Shown here piece by piece: positions 37,701 to 52,700 of a stretch of DNA of 64,000 bases. The DNA comes from Antedon mediterranea. Its lineage: Eukaryota; Animalia; Echinodermata. The notes beneath the pieces were generated by a model, which did not search any database, had not been told where the DNA came from, and saw only the letters and a list, made by a program, of their open reading frames with translations. Position 1 is the first letter of the stretch, and each line of letters starts with the position of its first letter. The DNA lies in NCBI RefSeq assembly GCF_964355755.1, contig NC_092671.1:24750070-24814069 (forward strand), in the 5' to 3' direction. Both the position numbers and the translations under genes were made by a program.

Positions 37701-40700
37701 AAACTAAAGGCCAACTCAGCCAGAAAAATACGACGAGGCCCGATGAAATGCTTCTTGACTTGTTGGTGCTGTCTGAGTTGAATCTCAACGAGACGAGTCG
37801 TCTTGAGATAGCGCCGGGCGTAGTTTTTAGGTCGTTAGGAGAACTTTAAACATGTTTAACTTTCTCCCGACGAGACGACTTGTCGGGCCTCGTACAACGC
37901 TTTCTGAGTTGACCTTTTTGTTGAATCGTTTTGTGTTTTATTTATTTTTATTTATTCATCTGTTTTTTAAAGCATCAGGAAACCAAATTTCATTATCTGT
38001 TTTTGGTGATGAAAAGAATTTTCTTTTCTTATATTGATTATTGTTATGGATATCATTTTATTTATTCTATTTCTATTTATCTGTACCATAAAATACATTT
38101 ATTTAATTGCTTCAAAATGTATTTATATACCTGTTAATTGACTTTAATGTATTGTTATTGATACAGATACAGTTCAATTGTCCTTCGTGAAATTTGTTTT
38201 CCCCCCTATCCAATCTACCTGAAGTGCCACCACAATACCTACGCTGAGTACCTAAAGATGATTCAAAGACTATCTCGCAGGTAGGTAGCCTCACTGCAAC
38301 TGTCTGTCAGATACCAAGATGAAGCTTACTTAATATGTAAATAGTGTAAATAATGATGGAATTTTATATAGTGCCATATTCGCAATATGCGCTCATGGCG
38401 TTGTGGACTTAAATGTTACAATTTTCAGCTACATGCTTCTTCCAATTTTTCTGTCCACAACAGTGACTTTGTATGAACTTACACTGGATAACCCCTACCC
38501 AAAAGATGTACTTGGTCCACAAGTTCACAAGTGCACAAAAGCATTTTGTGTACACTGAACCTATGGTTTATAGCCTTTTGTGCAAGAAGATTCATTAAAC
38601 TACCAGAACCATAGAGCGAGTGAGTCTCAAACCCTTGCCATAAGGCTATAGATTACGATTCCACTGTGTTGGCTGTCGTGTATTGAATGTAATTTTGTCA
38701 GTTCCAGAGTTGCTTTGATTATTCTCTGTTTCTGCTACAATACCATACTTTTGTTAATGCCCAAAATATTTCCCTTATAAACCACATAGCAACCGGCATA
38801 GCAACTATGGAATTTATTATCAAAAGGAGGCTTTTTTTCAGGGGCACTTTATTGTTCAGTGCGGTGTTGGAAAATACATTGAGTTTTAAAGATGTCGACA
38901 ACAATTCACAAAACTTGGCAACAAAAATTAGCAATCTTCAGCAACTAAGCAAGGTGTGTATCCATAAAATTGAATGTATTAATTTCCACTGTAATTAAGA
39001 AAACAAGTATTTACTTGGATGAGGGACCACCATTTGGTAGAACTAATACAGAACTGCAAGTAATTAAGCAACCAAATAATGAATGAGGTGAAAATATAGC
39101 CTTTCGAATGTTGTTATTGGTTGGCCTTAAGATTTGAAAAAACTATATCACTGTTTTCTTACTCCAGAGTGATCAGGTTCATTTTCGAAAACATATTGAT
39201 ACAATGCAGAGCAAACTAGAGATTCTAGCCCAGCAAGACCCTAATAAACTAGCAGAAATGGCAGAACATTTACTTGATAAACCTGGTAAGTTTGTTTATG
39301 CAGGGCGAACAAGAGATCTAGCTCAGCAAGACCCTGATAGACTAGCAGAAATGGCAGGACACTTACCTAATAAATCTAAAAAGTCCAAACTAAAAAGGTG
39401 GTCTTCTTTTCGAAAATAAATTCTGTAAGTTCTTGTAAATTGCTACTACAATAATAAGATTTTTTGGACATTCCCTGCCAATTTTACATATTTGCCAATT
39501 ATGAATGAAGCATATAAGAAGACGATACAAGATGCAAACAAGGTACCATTTGCAAAATAATAAACTGAAAAATAAATGTATGAGGCTTGATTGGTGAGAT
39601 AATCAATATAATATTAATGTATGATAAACACTCACAGTGTGCATCTTAAGTATCACCAATCTAAATCTTAACAATGTGTTTGTAGTATTTATTTCTATTC
39701 CTTTGACATTCACATACAGTCGAAAAAACACCCATTACCATCTTGAAAAGAAGCCCAGTGGTCTTGATTTAGAGATATGCTTCTTTTCATGATTAATTTT
39801 GCAAACCAAAGTGGGGAGGGGGGCTTCTGTTTGAGATGAGTGTCTTTTGAGGTTAAACACAGGTATGGCTAGTTAAGCAATATGATTACTGTGTAAAATG
39901 ATATCTTATTTATTACAATTTAAAGATAAGCTTCATGACATGCTTCTGGATATCGAAGATTCAATTACAATGACAAAGAGAATTATACACGAAACAGTTG
40001 TAACATGGAACATAAGACTTAAGGAGTTATTTCAACTTGTCAATTCTGACAGAAATGAACGTAATCGTAAGAAAAGTCCCCAATTGTTACGCAAATCACC
40101 TAGCCGCCAACTGATGGTACCTGTTGAGGTAAGACTTGACCCCAATTTAATAGTAGCCTGCCGTATAATACTGACTTTTCATTTAATGCTTTGCACATCT
40201 GTCAAGTCAAAAAGCCATTCTGCGCACATTTAAACCATATGTGCAAGACGTCCTTTGACTCAATATATGCATATGAAATGTTGCTTATGTCTATAAATAT
40301 TAACCCTACAATTAGCCATTTTCTTTTTTCCAAGTGTGCTTGATATAAATTAACACAGGCTCACTTCACTACACACGATATATCTTTCCTTAGAGTCTTA
40401 TTTTATAGCCTATATGGCATGGTGCTTTTGATCAGGCAAAAATGCCACCAAAAGATAATTTTCCCTTTGAGCAAATCAGTGATGTAATCAGTAGAACTGT
40501 TCTAATTATTTAAAATATGTAATAATTAAATTATTGTCCCTCAAAAAACATGAAAAATGAAGATTAATTAAACCAGACTTTGAAAATGTTATATTTGTAG
40601 TTTTAATCAATTTAATCAATTCAGTACAAAAAAAACCAAAATAATAATGTTTTCACTTATAAAATGACGAAATAAATGGTTAAATTCAACCAAAAACACA

Positions 40701-43700
40701 TTGGCTGGCAGCCAATGTGACCATTTTTTGATTTAAATTACATTTTTTTCAGGTAAATACATTTTTGTAATCCAATTTTTGGTCAAAGTGGATAACTATT
40801 ATGTTACATTAAAATGGAATATTCAATAAAAAAATTATTTTTTCAGGGGGACCATACATATATAAGTAATATAGCATATTTACTAATACAAATAATTGAT
40901 TCATAAAATCTTATTTTTGCAGTCACACTTTGCATCACCCTCGAATGTAACACCAGGTGTTAGTCACTCGCCTGATAACAAAGGTGTTAGCCAGCTACAG
41001 GTGGCCAGACTTAAAAGGGCAGCTACATGGAGTAATGAACTTGATTTAAAACCCTCTGGCGGTGATCTCAAAGCTGTTTCAAGGTCAATCAGGGTGCCTG
41101 AAACTGTTGGTAAAGTTTTAAAATTATATTCTTTTTATAACACACACCTGATTGTATTCTTGAAATTTCATTATAGCTATCTGCATCATGTGTCATTAGG
41201 AATTAGCCATCTAACGAAAAAGTAATATCTAGTGGTGATAATGAACGTTCAGCTTTCTGTAAACATTTTGAGAATTTTTCCCACGCGTTCAGAAATATGT
41301 GCCGTTTTTAACTGCGTCTCAAGTTGGAGCACTGCCTTTTTAAATAGCTTCAGGCCTAGCAATTGTCAATGATTTACGATGGATAACTTAAATAAAATAA
41401 TGAATGTTTTGTATGTATTGAATGGAGAGAATATTTTATTCAATGAAAAATTGACTGCTGTATTTTCTACTCGGCTCAGCTTGGTAAAAATAGAGCAGTC
41501 AATTTTTCAACTCGTGAATTTTCTCACCATCCAACTCACAAACATACAATATTTGTATAAACACACCTAGTTTGTTGTGCGAAAAAACATTTGATTCCAA
41601 TATAGTCATCTATATACTGTATGGATTATGGTTAATTCTGACATATGCGAGCACAATAGAAAAACTTTGGGACAAATCTCTGCCTTGGTTACCTACCTTA
41701 TCTATTTTAGATGTACAGCGAAGCGTAGATTTGATAACATTAGTTTCCACTATTACGATATTGTTCCATATTTCTATCTTAGAAAGATATTAAAAAGAGT
41801 TTTAACACCAAATTTCTGATTTCATCGGTAGATTTTCAATTCAATTTCAATTGTACGGTCCAAGTAATTTCCAGGTTCAGGAGAGGTTCACGGGTGTTCA
41901 CCTTGCAATTTGGTATTCTTTTTTACCACTTTTCATATCCACTAGAGGATTTCAATTGATTATAAATGGTACCATATTATTAAAACTAAAAATTTAACAT
42001 ATCCCTCGAATAAGCACCTCCTTCAAATGAACTCCGCCTTCCCACCTCCGCCCTATGAGGGCCCTACCAAACAAACACTATACTTTAAAATGTTATTAAT
42101 CACCTAAGACACTGTGAAACAGAGTAGGTTTAATTTTTTTGCGCTGCGGCTTTAGCCAGCTATATTCCCAGAGGACTACTCATTCAGAAGCTATAGTTCT
42201 AGAGGCTGACAGTTTTTGGACTTTTGTAAACTCGGCCGGGTAATGCTTAAATTACAAACCCCAAGGCACGTCTGGGAGAAGAGTATAAAAACATTTGCTG
42301 ATAGTACAGTATTATTGAGATGCGTGTAGACCGTAATCTGTAAATTCTTTTAAAATAAATAATGACTTTGTTCTTGCCGTCAACCAAGGCCGGTATTATA
42401 ATAATTCACTGTCAAATCAGTCAAATCAAAACATTATTTGGCTGTCAACCTATAGGCCTGAATTTACAATGACTCATATTTGACTGTCAATCTAGGCTGA
42501 TATAATAATTCACTGTCTGTCACATAATCATTGAATTATGATCAAAACACTAGTCCATAGTAAAGATTTTGTTTGTACTAGGATACAACTTGTTCACACT
42601 TGAAAGCCCTTTATAGCATCTTTGGGTCTGACTGGCCATTTATCACTTGTTGACATTCTGAAGAAAGAACAATAATTTAAGGTGTATTGTGTAAGTAGGT
42701 AATTCTGCAGTTTTTTTTAAATAAAGTTATTCACTTCTGTAAAAAAAATAACAAAAAAACAAAAAAAAGTATCTCAATTATAAAAAGAGAAAAGAAATGT
42801 TGAAATTACAATATTTCAGGAATTTTTTTTTTTCTCGATCTATCTTTTGGTTAGTGAATAACTATTATGTGACATTAAAAAAACAAAGCAATATATATGC
42901 TGTGCTGTCTCTGTTGTACTCCACATCCAAAATTGGAACTCTGCCTTTTTGAATGGCCTTCAAAAGCGTTGTATAATGTAGTGATTGTACATCAGATAAT
43001 TTACATTTCATAGCTCTTTCATTCACGCAATTCTTCTCTTCTTTAACAATTTTGTAAGATTAATATATATTTTTTTAATTTCTTTTTTAGTAATAATGGT
43101 TTTATACTATAGTTTTAAATAATGAGATTGTGCAAAAGAAATTACAAATTCTCACTGGGAGTCAAGGCTCATATTTTATATTTACAAAAAATAAATATTT
43201 ACAATAAAGGATATCTATGTCTATGTAAATTAACCAATTCATCGGTATACAAGGAAATAATCAACATTAATGTATTGCTAAGAGAATTTTGGAAAGTGTT
43301 TCTAGTGTTTCAACTTCTAGACAAACAATTAATGTTTGCAAGTTGAAATTAACCTACAATTCTTCATTTTAGTATGTAACATAACTGTGTTGCTTATTCT
43401 ACTGTGGCATTTTAAACAAAATTCTTTATGCTTTATTCATCATTTTTCAGTGGACCACTTACAAGCAAGTCCTGTATTCAGTTCTGATTTATTAGCTGAC
43501 ATGAGCTGTTCTCCATCTTCGTTTGATTCTCCATATTCTAGTAGCCCTGTGTCAAGTCACAACGGAGAGGATAAACAAGGTAAAATATTTTAATATCTAA
43601 CTTTTCTGGCTGTTTACTTTATCGTTTTGATTTAGCTTTTCGCTTTTTTTTTTTGTATCTCCATTGAGATGCAGCCACTGATACCCACAGCATTGTCATT

Positions 43701-46700
43701 TTTTTCAGTAATTTGCCTTTGGATTTATATAATTTAATATACAATCTTCAGACAGTACTGTTTTGATCTTATAAGCGACTTGGATGACTCCAGAGGGCGG
43801 CATATTGACCAGGTCAATCGGGACAAAAATGTCCATCTAGGCCCTTAGCACGGTGATGTAAATTTGCATCGTCGTGCTAGCCTCAGGCCTAGATGGAACT
43901 TTTTGTTCAGCCATACCATATGTACATTTTAAGACATGTTAAAAACATTTTAAAATCAGTGAAGGCAATGTAAAGAATGTTTGAATTGAATTTCTATATG
44001 ATCAATGAACATTTTAGTACTGCACTGTATAATAAAATAATAATTTGCAGTGTGTATAAAGAGCCAAATATATTTTTTCGATAAGGTACATTTTTTTAAA
44101 GATTAACTCTATTGTGGCTTAAATTTTCAAATACAAGGATTTAAAGAATAGCCGTGTTTCTTTTAAGATGAAATTAAAAAATCAAAAGAGAAGACCATTG
44201 GTAATGGCAGTGAAACCAAAGTGAAGGACTCAGAAAGTCAAGATGATACCAACGATGAGGTTGCAGTAGATATAACAAATGGAAGTAAGTTCATAAAAAA
44301 AAAGTTTAATATTAGATATTTTTACAGTAGAATACCTCCTTTGGGACACCCCTAATCAAACTTTCGCATTAGGCACAATATATGTTTTAACATTACGGCC
44401 AATGACCAACCCTACAAAGGGGACAACCCTACAAAGGGCACAACCATATAAGGCTATGGTGAGACTTTGTATTGTGCCAAATGGTTGATTCAATCCCATA
44501 TTTGTTTTTTGTTCTTTTTCTGAAAACCCCTATTAAGCGGACAATTTTGATGGGTCACGAAGGTAGGGTTCTACTGTATGTTTATATGGCTTTAGGCTTT
44601 TCCATTTTCCGTTCGAGATGTGTTTACATTTGGAATAATGGCATACAGTGAGTCTATACAGCCAGGTATAATAGACTACCAATCTTTCTTGGTTTGTGTA
44701 ATTTATTTTAAAGAAACAAACATGACATATTCTGATTGATTTGGTTGTTTTTTTTTTTAACATTTCAGTTTCTCCAGGTAATGCATTTACTTCCCCTGTG
44801 AATACATCAAAGTCCGCTTCACCCTCTATAGATACACTAAGATCTCATGACAAGAAAACAAGTGTGGCTGGAACTGCTATGAAAAATGTTTTCAACTTTC
44901 TGTCATCCTCTAACTTTATACCTCTCACCACTCAATTGTAAGTTTAATATTTGTTATATCAGTGAGTTCTAGTCACAAATTTGAATTTTTCTAAATGTGT
45001 CAATCCTCTAGAATAAGGGCTGCTTTACTGTCGGCCTACTGTATACATTTAAATAAACTTGGATAGTAAAGTTGTCATGTGAATAAGCCTCAAAAGTTTG
45101 AGTCATGCGCATAGTAACCATTTGTATATGGAGGAATTGAAGTATTCTAACAATTGTGTTACTCCCATGCCCAAAATGTAATGATTTGTTAACTTAAACA
45201 GCCATTGGATATTAAATCTATATTGACTTAACAGTTAATAGGACTGCTTGGAATTTTTTTAACAACTTAAAATTTAGGAAACCATTTTAAGTATACATTA
45301 TAATATTGTTTTTTTTTTTCATTGTAAATTGCTACTTTTTTTTAGTCCTGCTGATGAACACCATCCGTCTCCTCCTTGTGCAGTGGTACCAGTAATTGTT
45401 AGAGATCAAGAACCAAGTACTATCATTGCTTATGCTCTCAGGTAAGATGTGAGGATAAACATTTTATCGTTGTCTTCTTTTTTGCTGTCTTCCTCATCAT
45501 TGATGTCCTCATCATTGACGTCCTCATCATTGACTTCCTCATCAGTGACTTCTTCATCATTGTCTTTCTCATCATTGTCTTCCTCATCATCATTGTCTTC
45601 AACATCATTGACTTCCTCGTCATTGATTTCCTCATTATTGACTTCTTCATCATTGTCTTTCTCATCATTGTCTTCCTCATCATCATTGTCTTCAACATCA
45701 TTGACTTCCGCGTCATTGATTTCCTCATCATGTGTTTCTCATCATTGACTTCCTCATCATTGTCTTCCTCATCATTGACTCCCTCATCATTGACTCCCTC
45801 ATCATTGACTCCCTCATCATCATTGTCTTCCTCATCATTGTCTTTCTCATTATTGTCTTCCTCATCATCATTGTCTTCAACATCATTGACTTCCTCGTCA
45901 TTGATTTCCTCATTATTGACTTCTTCATCATTGTCTTTCTCATCATTGTCTTCCTCATCATCATTGTCTTCAACATCATTGACTTCCTCGTCATTGATTT
46001 CCTCATCATGTGTTTCTCATCATTGACTTCCTCATCATTGTCTTCCTCATCATTGACTCCCTCATCATTGACTCCCTCATCATTGACTCCCTCATCATTG
46101 ACTCCCTCATCATCATTGTCTTCCTCATCATTGACTTTCTCATCATTGACTTTCTCATCATTGTCTTTCTCATCATTGTCTTTCTCATCATTGTCTTTCT
46201 CATCATTGTCTTTCTCATCATTGTCTTTCTCATCATTGTCTTCCTCATCATTGACTTGCTCATCATTGACTTTCTCATCATTGACTTCCTCACCGCTGAC
46301 TTCCTCATTATTTACTTCCTAATCATGGTCTTCCTCATCATTGTCTTCCTCATCATTGACTTCCTCATCATTGACTCTCTCATCATTGTCATGTCTTATC
46401 ATTGTCTTTCTCATCATTGTCTTCCTCATCATTGACTTCCTCGTCATTGACTTTCTCATCATTGTCTTTCTCATCATTGTCTTCCTCGTCATTGACTTCC
46501 TCATCATTTGTTTCTCATCATTTTCTTCCTCATCATTGACTTCCACATCATTGACTTCCACATCATTGACTTCCTCGTCTTTGAATTCCTCGTCATGTCT
46601 TTCTCATCATTGTCTTTCTCATCATTGTCTTCCTCATCATTGACTTCCTCATCATTAATAAAGAATTTAATATTTGAATCTTAAGTTCTGAACCATATAA

Positions 46701-49700
46701 AATCCAGTTAAGTGAGATGCAGCAAAAAACATCACAGAGTACATCACCAATCCACAGCAACATTGGTTCAGCAGAGGCTAGCCCAACAACGAAGCGTAAG
46801 CTTGCACGAGAAAGTGATGATTCCAGTAGTTCAATGGCTAGATTGACGCGTAAGTTAATAACTTTTCTTCACAAATTAAATAATACAGGTGGCAGGCCAT
46901 ACACAGAACAGTTTAAAATCTTTTGATTATTCATAAAATGATCCCATGTATATGAGGCCTGGCATTAAATTTCTCACAATGAACATTTTCTGATCTAGAA
47001 GGTGACTTGTATGTTTTCATTAATAAGTCTTGATATAATAAACCAATTGTGGTAAACAACGGCTCATGTTAAAGCTTATTAAATATAGATTAGATATATA
47101 AAAATCTAAATAAATTGTTTTTTCCGAAACTACACCCATTTTGTTATGCCATGCCTCATATAATCTTTGTTTGCATTTCAACTTATAATTGAACTATTCA
47201 ATCTTTGCAATCTGTAGTTCTCAAAGGCAAAGGTAACTAATTATTACATTATTATTAACTATTTCATTTTAATCTGTACGCACAGGTCGTACAAGTCGTG
47301 TACTTCAATTTCTTCGTACCAAATCTTCTTCTGGTTTACTTGTTCCGCAAACAAAGCCGCCAGATGATAGCCAACTGGCTAACGTAGACACTGTTGTATA
47401 TCATGTGACGGATTCCGAAGGTGGTAATAAGTCGCTTAGTGATTCTACACCTAATAGTAAGCTTGGCATTCTAATTCTGCTCTTTTCTTTTTCATTTTTA
47501 TCCTACAAAACATACCGTAGTAATTTTACTAATCTTTTTCTCCATTGTAATTTTTTGGCTGATCCTTAATATGTGTTTTCAAGGCATGATGCTTTTTAAT
47601 TTTAATAGTTTTAAAATGTGTGCTCCTTTAATTTCCATTCTAAACTAGCGCAAAATAAGTTGGGCAATGAAAAAAACTTTCAGTTTGCATGACTAGAGTT
47701 GTTTGTATAATTGCATGACCTTGGTAGGCATCACATGACCATATCATTAGTTTCCAGCTTGTATTGTTTACAAATGTGTTTCCAGAAAAACAGCACAGAT
47801 CACAGCTACTTTCACATGCTTAACCAAATATAACTGGCTGCATGTACTATAGCATTATTTCTTAAATAATTTTGAAATTAAAATCTTCAATTGCATAACA
47901 TATAGGTAATGGGTCTGGGTTTTAGTATCAAGGAAAGAATAATAATATATTTCATCATATTGAAATTTATAAATGATCAAAAGTGATTTAGTATCATCAT
48001 ACTAATAATATTATTCATATTATATTTTCTACATTTTTTAATACATTTTTCATATTTACAGATGATTATGATGGTGTTTTTTCAAAGTCGTATGATGTAT
48101 TTTCAAGTAAGACTGAACCTTCACCTCATATTGAAGTCCGTAAGTTTTTTTGCTGTAATGGGTTAATCTATTAAATCTGTATTACTATCTACTTATAACA
48201 AATCTAAATAGATTCTTGTCATTTGATTGGATGATTTTGGGTCACATGGAGTTTAATAGACTGTTATCAAACTCTGATGTCAGAGTGCATTATTCTTAAT
48301 ATTGTGTTACACAGTGAGCAACCGTAACATGTGACGCGAGGCGATCTATTTTCATCTTTCACCTTATAAAATGTTTGCTCCGTTGCATAAATATAAAACA
48401 TTCATTATTAGTATACTAGCCCACAGTAGATACATTTTGCACATTTTACCTATTGTGTAATCTTTTTCACTTATAGAGTTTGCAGATAATAATGCTAAAT
48501 TCTACTGTCGTATATACTATGCTGAAGAATTTCGCAATTTGCGTGCGACCGTGTTTCCAGCAGGTGAAGAGGCATTTATTCGTTCACTGTCAGCATGTAT
48601 GAGTTGGATTGCTAGAGGTGGAAAGTCTGGCTCAAGATTCCTAAAAACTAAAGGTATTTTTGTTAAATATGTCTCTAATCATTCAAATGAGCCCAGTAAG
48701 GAACAAATTTCCCTCACAAGGTGAGATGACCAAGTGACTGCCATGACAGACTTGAATCCTTGTTTAATGTTTAATTTTTGAATTGTTTTTTTTATTATTG
48801 TTTTTCTGGTGTACAACGCTTTGTTAAAAGTGCCATAGAAATGAAATGAAAAATTATATATATTAAAAACCACAACAACGTGTATAGATTACGTTTTTAT
48901 TTGCTGTTTCATGCTGTTAGATAAATTTTCATCCAACATGATATTCCGCTCTGTTGTTTGCTTTATAGGCTTCAATGACCAAGAGATAAGAGAAAGTTCA
49001 TACATTTGAACGTCACTGAAAATAAATTCCTTAATCATTAGATATGGATAATCTTTATTTTAAACACCATCTTTCTAAGTTAAAGCACTTTTTTTTTATT
49101 GTAAAATACTTTATGTGATTAATTTTAAAAACTTTATATGGATTTAACTTGAGCTGAGTAAATTAAAATATGTTTATATAACCATCAAAAACTAAAAATC
49201 AACAGCATATAAAATGCACATGCTTAGAAACTGATTGTGTGTAACATATCAGTAGAATATGTGTAGAGAATCGCTTTGGTATAGATTTGTTTTAATGAAT
49301 CTGTATGATTTAGTGATATATTTTTTTATTTGGTAGATGATCGATTCATTTTAAAACAGATGTCTCGCCTGGAATTCCAGTCTTTTCAAGAATTTGGTCC
49401 ACAATATTTTAAGTACCTGACACAAGCATATGAGAAAAATGTAAGTAAAGTGGGTTTTTGGAAAAGTAAATAAAGTAGGATTTAGAAAAGGATATTAGAA
49501 ACTAAAGTTTTAATATATTTAGAAATGTTCATTATTGTAATTAATTCTTTGCGTAACCAACTTATAAAATCATATATTTTATTTTAAATATTATAGTAGA
49601 AAGACAGACCATCTTACATCTAGTATCAGGGAGAAATCTAAGTAAAGTTGGAGTTTTGGCTGTAATTAGTATAAAGGCTTATTACTGTAAATACAGTATT

Positions 49701-52700
49701 TGGCTACAAGAGGAAAATGCTATTAAATCATGCTAACCCACTGTGTAAATATGCATACACACATGTCCATCAATCATTTATTATTGCTTGTTTTTTCAGG
49801 AGCCAACAGCATTGGCTGTGATCCTTGGAGTGTATCGTGTTGGTTTTCGCAACTCACTTACCAATGATACTCTTAAGCAAGACCTCCTCATTATGGAAAA
49901 TCTTTTCTTTGACAGAAAAATGTCTCAGGTAACTTTAGTGTGCTTTACATCCTTTTTTACATTTGTTTTTAATAAAAATAACCGTGGCCACCAACACTAA
50001 TCAGCTGCAGCTGTAAGTTTTAAATGCACGGCTATCTATCCTGTCAGGGTTTTTTTTCATGACATAATAATTCCACTCTTTGTTTGTGTAGATCATCTGG
50101 TGTGTATTATTTAAGGGTAAAGCCACTGTATTAGCCACTAGCCTTACCAGCTATGTCTATCTGGTATCTGAGAGACTTGCTAAAATAGAATAAAAAATGT
50201 TATGTTAAAAGTATCTGTTAATAATCCTGATATAAGTCTTTCTTCAATGTGGGCTTATGACAGCACATAAGATTTTATTATTAGTGCTTATGTTAAATTT
50301 TCGAGCAACTGAACAAGCTGGTGTGTCAACATTTTAACTGGTCATATATAGTTGCTACCATGCCGCTTGAATCGTAACATGTCATGATATTCATAGAAAT
50401 AGATATAGCAACTTTCAGTAAGGTGACCTACCATACAACTTCTTTAATATAATAAAAGGAAATGTATAAATATTGACTTGGACTACTGCTCATTGGACAA
50501 CACCCAGAGTAAACCACCCTCCAACAAAAAGATATGTAACACTCATTATATAGTTGTCCCGGGAAATTTTTATTGGGTAGTGGGATGTCTGCTAAGTGAT
50601 AGTTGTTTGGCGTGGTTGTCCTGGAGATCGTTGTCTTAGAGGAGTATAGTTGTCTGGGAAAGAGTGGGTTGTCCTAGTGAGTTGATAGTAGGTGATAATT
50701 GTCCTAACCGGGGTAGTTTATGTGGGTATTTGTCCTAGAAGGTAGTTGTGGTAAAGGGTTAGAGGTTAGTTGTTCAGCAGAGTAGTTGTCCTAGGGGGGT
50801 AGTTGTCCTAGGGGTACAGTAATCGTCCTAGGGGTACAGTAATTGTCCAAAGGGGATAATTGTCCTAGAAGGTAATTTTCCTAGGGGTAATTGTCCTTAG
50901 GGGTGAATGTCTTCAAACATAAAAAAAGTATTATAACATTGCCCTCTCAATAACGTAATTAGGAGATTAGATAATTAGAATATTTATTGAATATCATGTG
51001 ACCCACAATCTTCAAATCAGATGATAAGATTCTACTTCTGTGTTTTATTGTTGAATTAATTAATTAAATTTTTTACTTTGGATACACAATTCTGATTACA
51101 TACAATTTATCATACAAAGACTATTTGATAATCACTGTTTATTTATTTATCATAAAAATTATTCACAATTTTCACAAAACTTGTATATGCAAAAACCAAC
51201 TAATAACTCCACTATTAACTTGTGAGGAGTTGTGAAAGTCTGCGCCAGATCAGACTTGTCATATACAAAACTAAGGTTTAGAGTATCAAGCCTGCTGTAT
51301 ATAACTCATCTTTGGTAAATAAAAGTTGGTTTTTCTTTAATTGTTTATACTTAGAACATAGAATTGACAACTTTCCACAACAAAACTTGAATGGGTTTCA
51401 TCAGTACACATTATTGCTTAATGTGTAGAAGACTTCATTTAAGTACTCGATTAGATAAGAATGAGATTGGGTACTTTTTGTATATACAATTTTCTTTCGT
51501 TTGCGTTACTCTAGACTCACTACAAATAGGACAATCTATTCAACTTCATTCAGTATACTTCGTTCACTTGCACATGCAAGTAGCCATTGTCGACAAATGC
51601 TCAAAAGTGGATTGCAATATAATATAAATATACAGTTAACTTTAACAAATTTCAAATTGTAAAAGTACGTAACAGGTCAATAACTGTACCTCCTGACATT
51701 TTTCTGACATATATATTCTAAACAATCTGACACCAAAATGAACTTTCCACGCCATATGATATGGCAATAAAAAAAAAACAGTCGTCAAAGGTCAAATATG
51801 GTATTTCTGGTCATTTGAGAAAAAACTTTCATTATATAGTAAATGGAAATTAGTCAGGTTCCTCATGTATGAAAATATGGGTTCCGTAGGATTTTAATGC
51901 CCAAAGTGAGATTTCACTTGATTTTACCAAAAATGCTAGGTAACAAATTTTCACGATCCCGTAACCATGGTAACAGCCCCAAATTCAAAACGGCGACGAA
52001 ATGGCCATATCTCCATAACTCTTTTGTCTATTGACAAGATATTGGTATCAAAATAATCGGAATATATATATTTATATTCGTTGTAATAGAACATTTTTAC
52101 TAAATGCAACCGGAAATGCTATTTTCTGTACTATTGACCCTTGACCTTGACTCGTACTGTATCTTAAAAACGGCTGGTCATAGAAATTTAAGAATGGTCT
52201 CAAATTGCTTAGAACTTTATTTATTTATATTTATTGTAATGCAATATTTTGTTAAAAAATGTCCGGAAGCAAATTTATTGACCTTTGACATAGAGAATAG
52301 CTTACAAGGATAACCCTTTGGTCTATTGACAGGATATTGGTATCAAAATACTCGGAATAAATATATTTATATTCAGTGTAATAGACCATTTTGATTAAAT
52401 GTAACTTGAAATGCTATTTTTCTTTACTAGTGACACTTGACCTTGACTCGCACTGTATCTAAAAATCGGCTGGTCATGGAAAAAAAATGGTCTCAAATTG
52501 CTAAGACTATACATATTTATATTTACTAGATGGTACGCTCGCTTCGCTCGCGTACCATCTAGGTCGTGCCCACAGATGGTTCTCGAATACATAATAATTT
52601 CAGCGTTAAAAAACTGGCGATTTCAAATGTACGTACCGCAGAACAATAATACATGTTGTTTACAGAAACGAATAAATAGACACTGTGATTTATGTACTCA

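Noticed and set aside
45438-46643. Many low-complexity ORFs (MMRKT.., SSSLT.., IIVFL..)
   Set aside because: By-products of a 15-bp minisatellite inside a PIKfyve intron.
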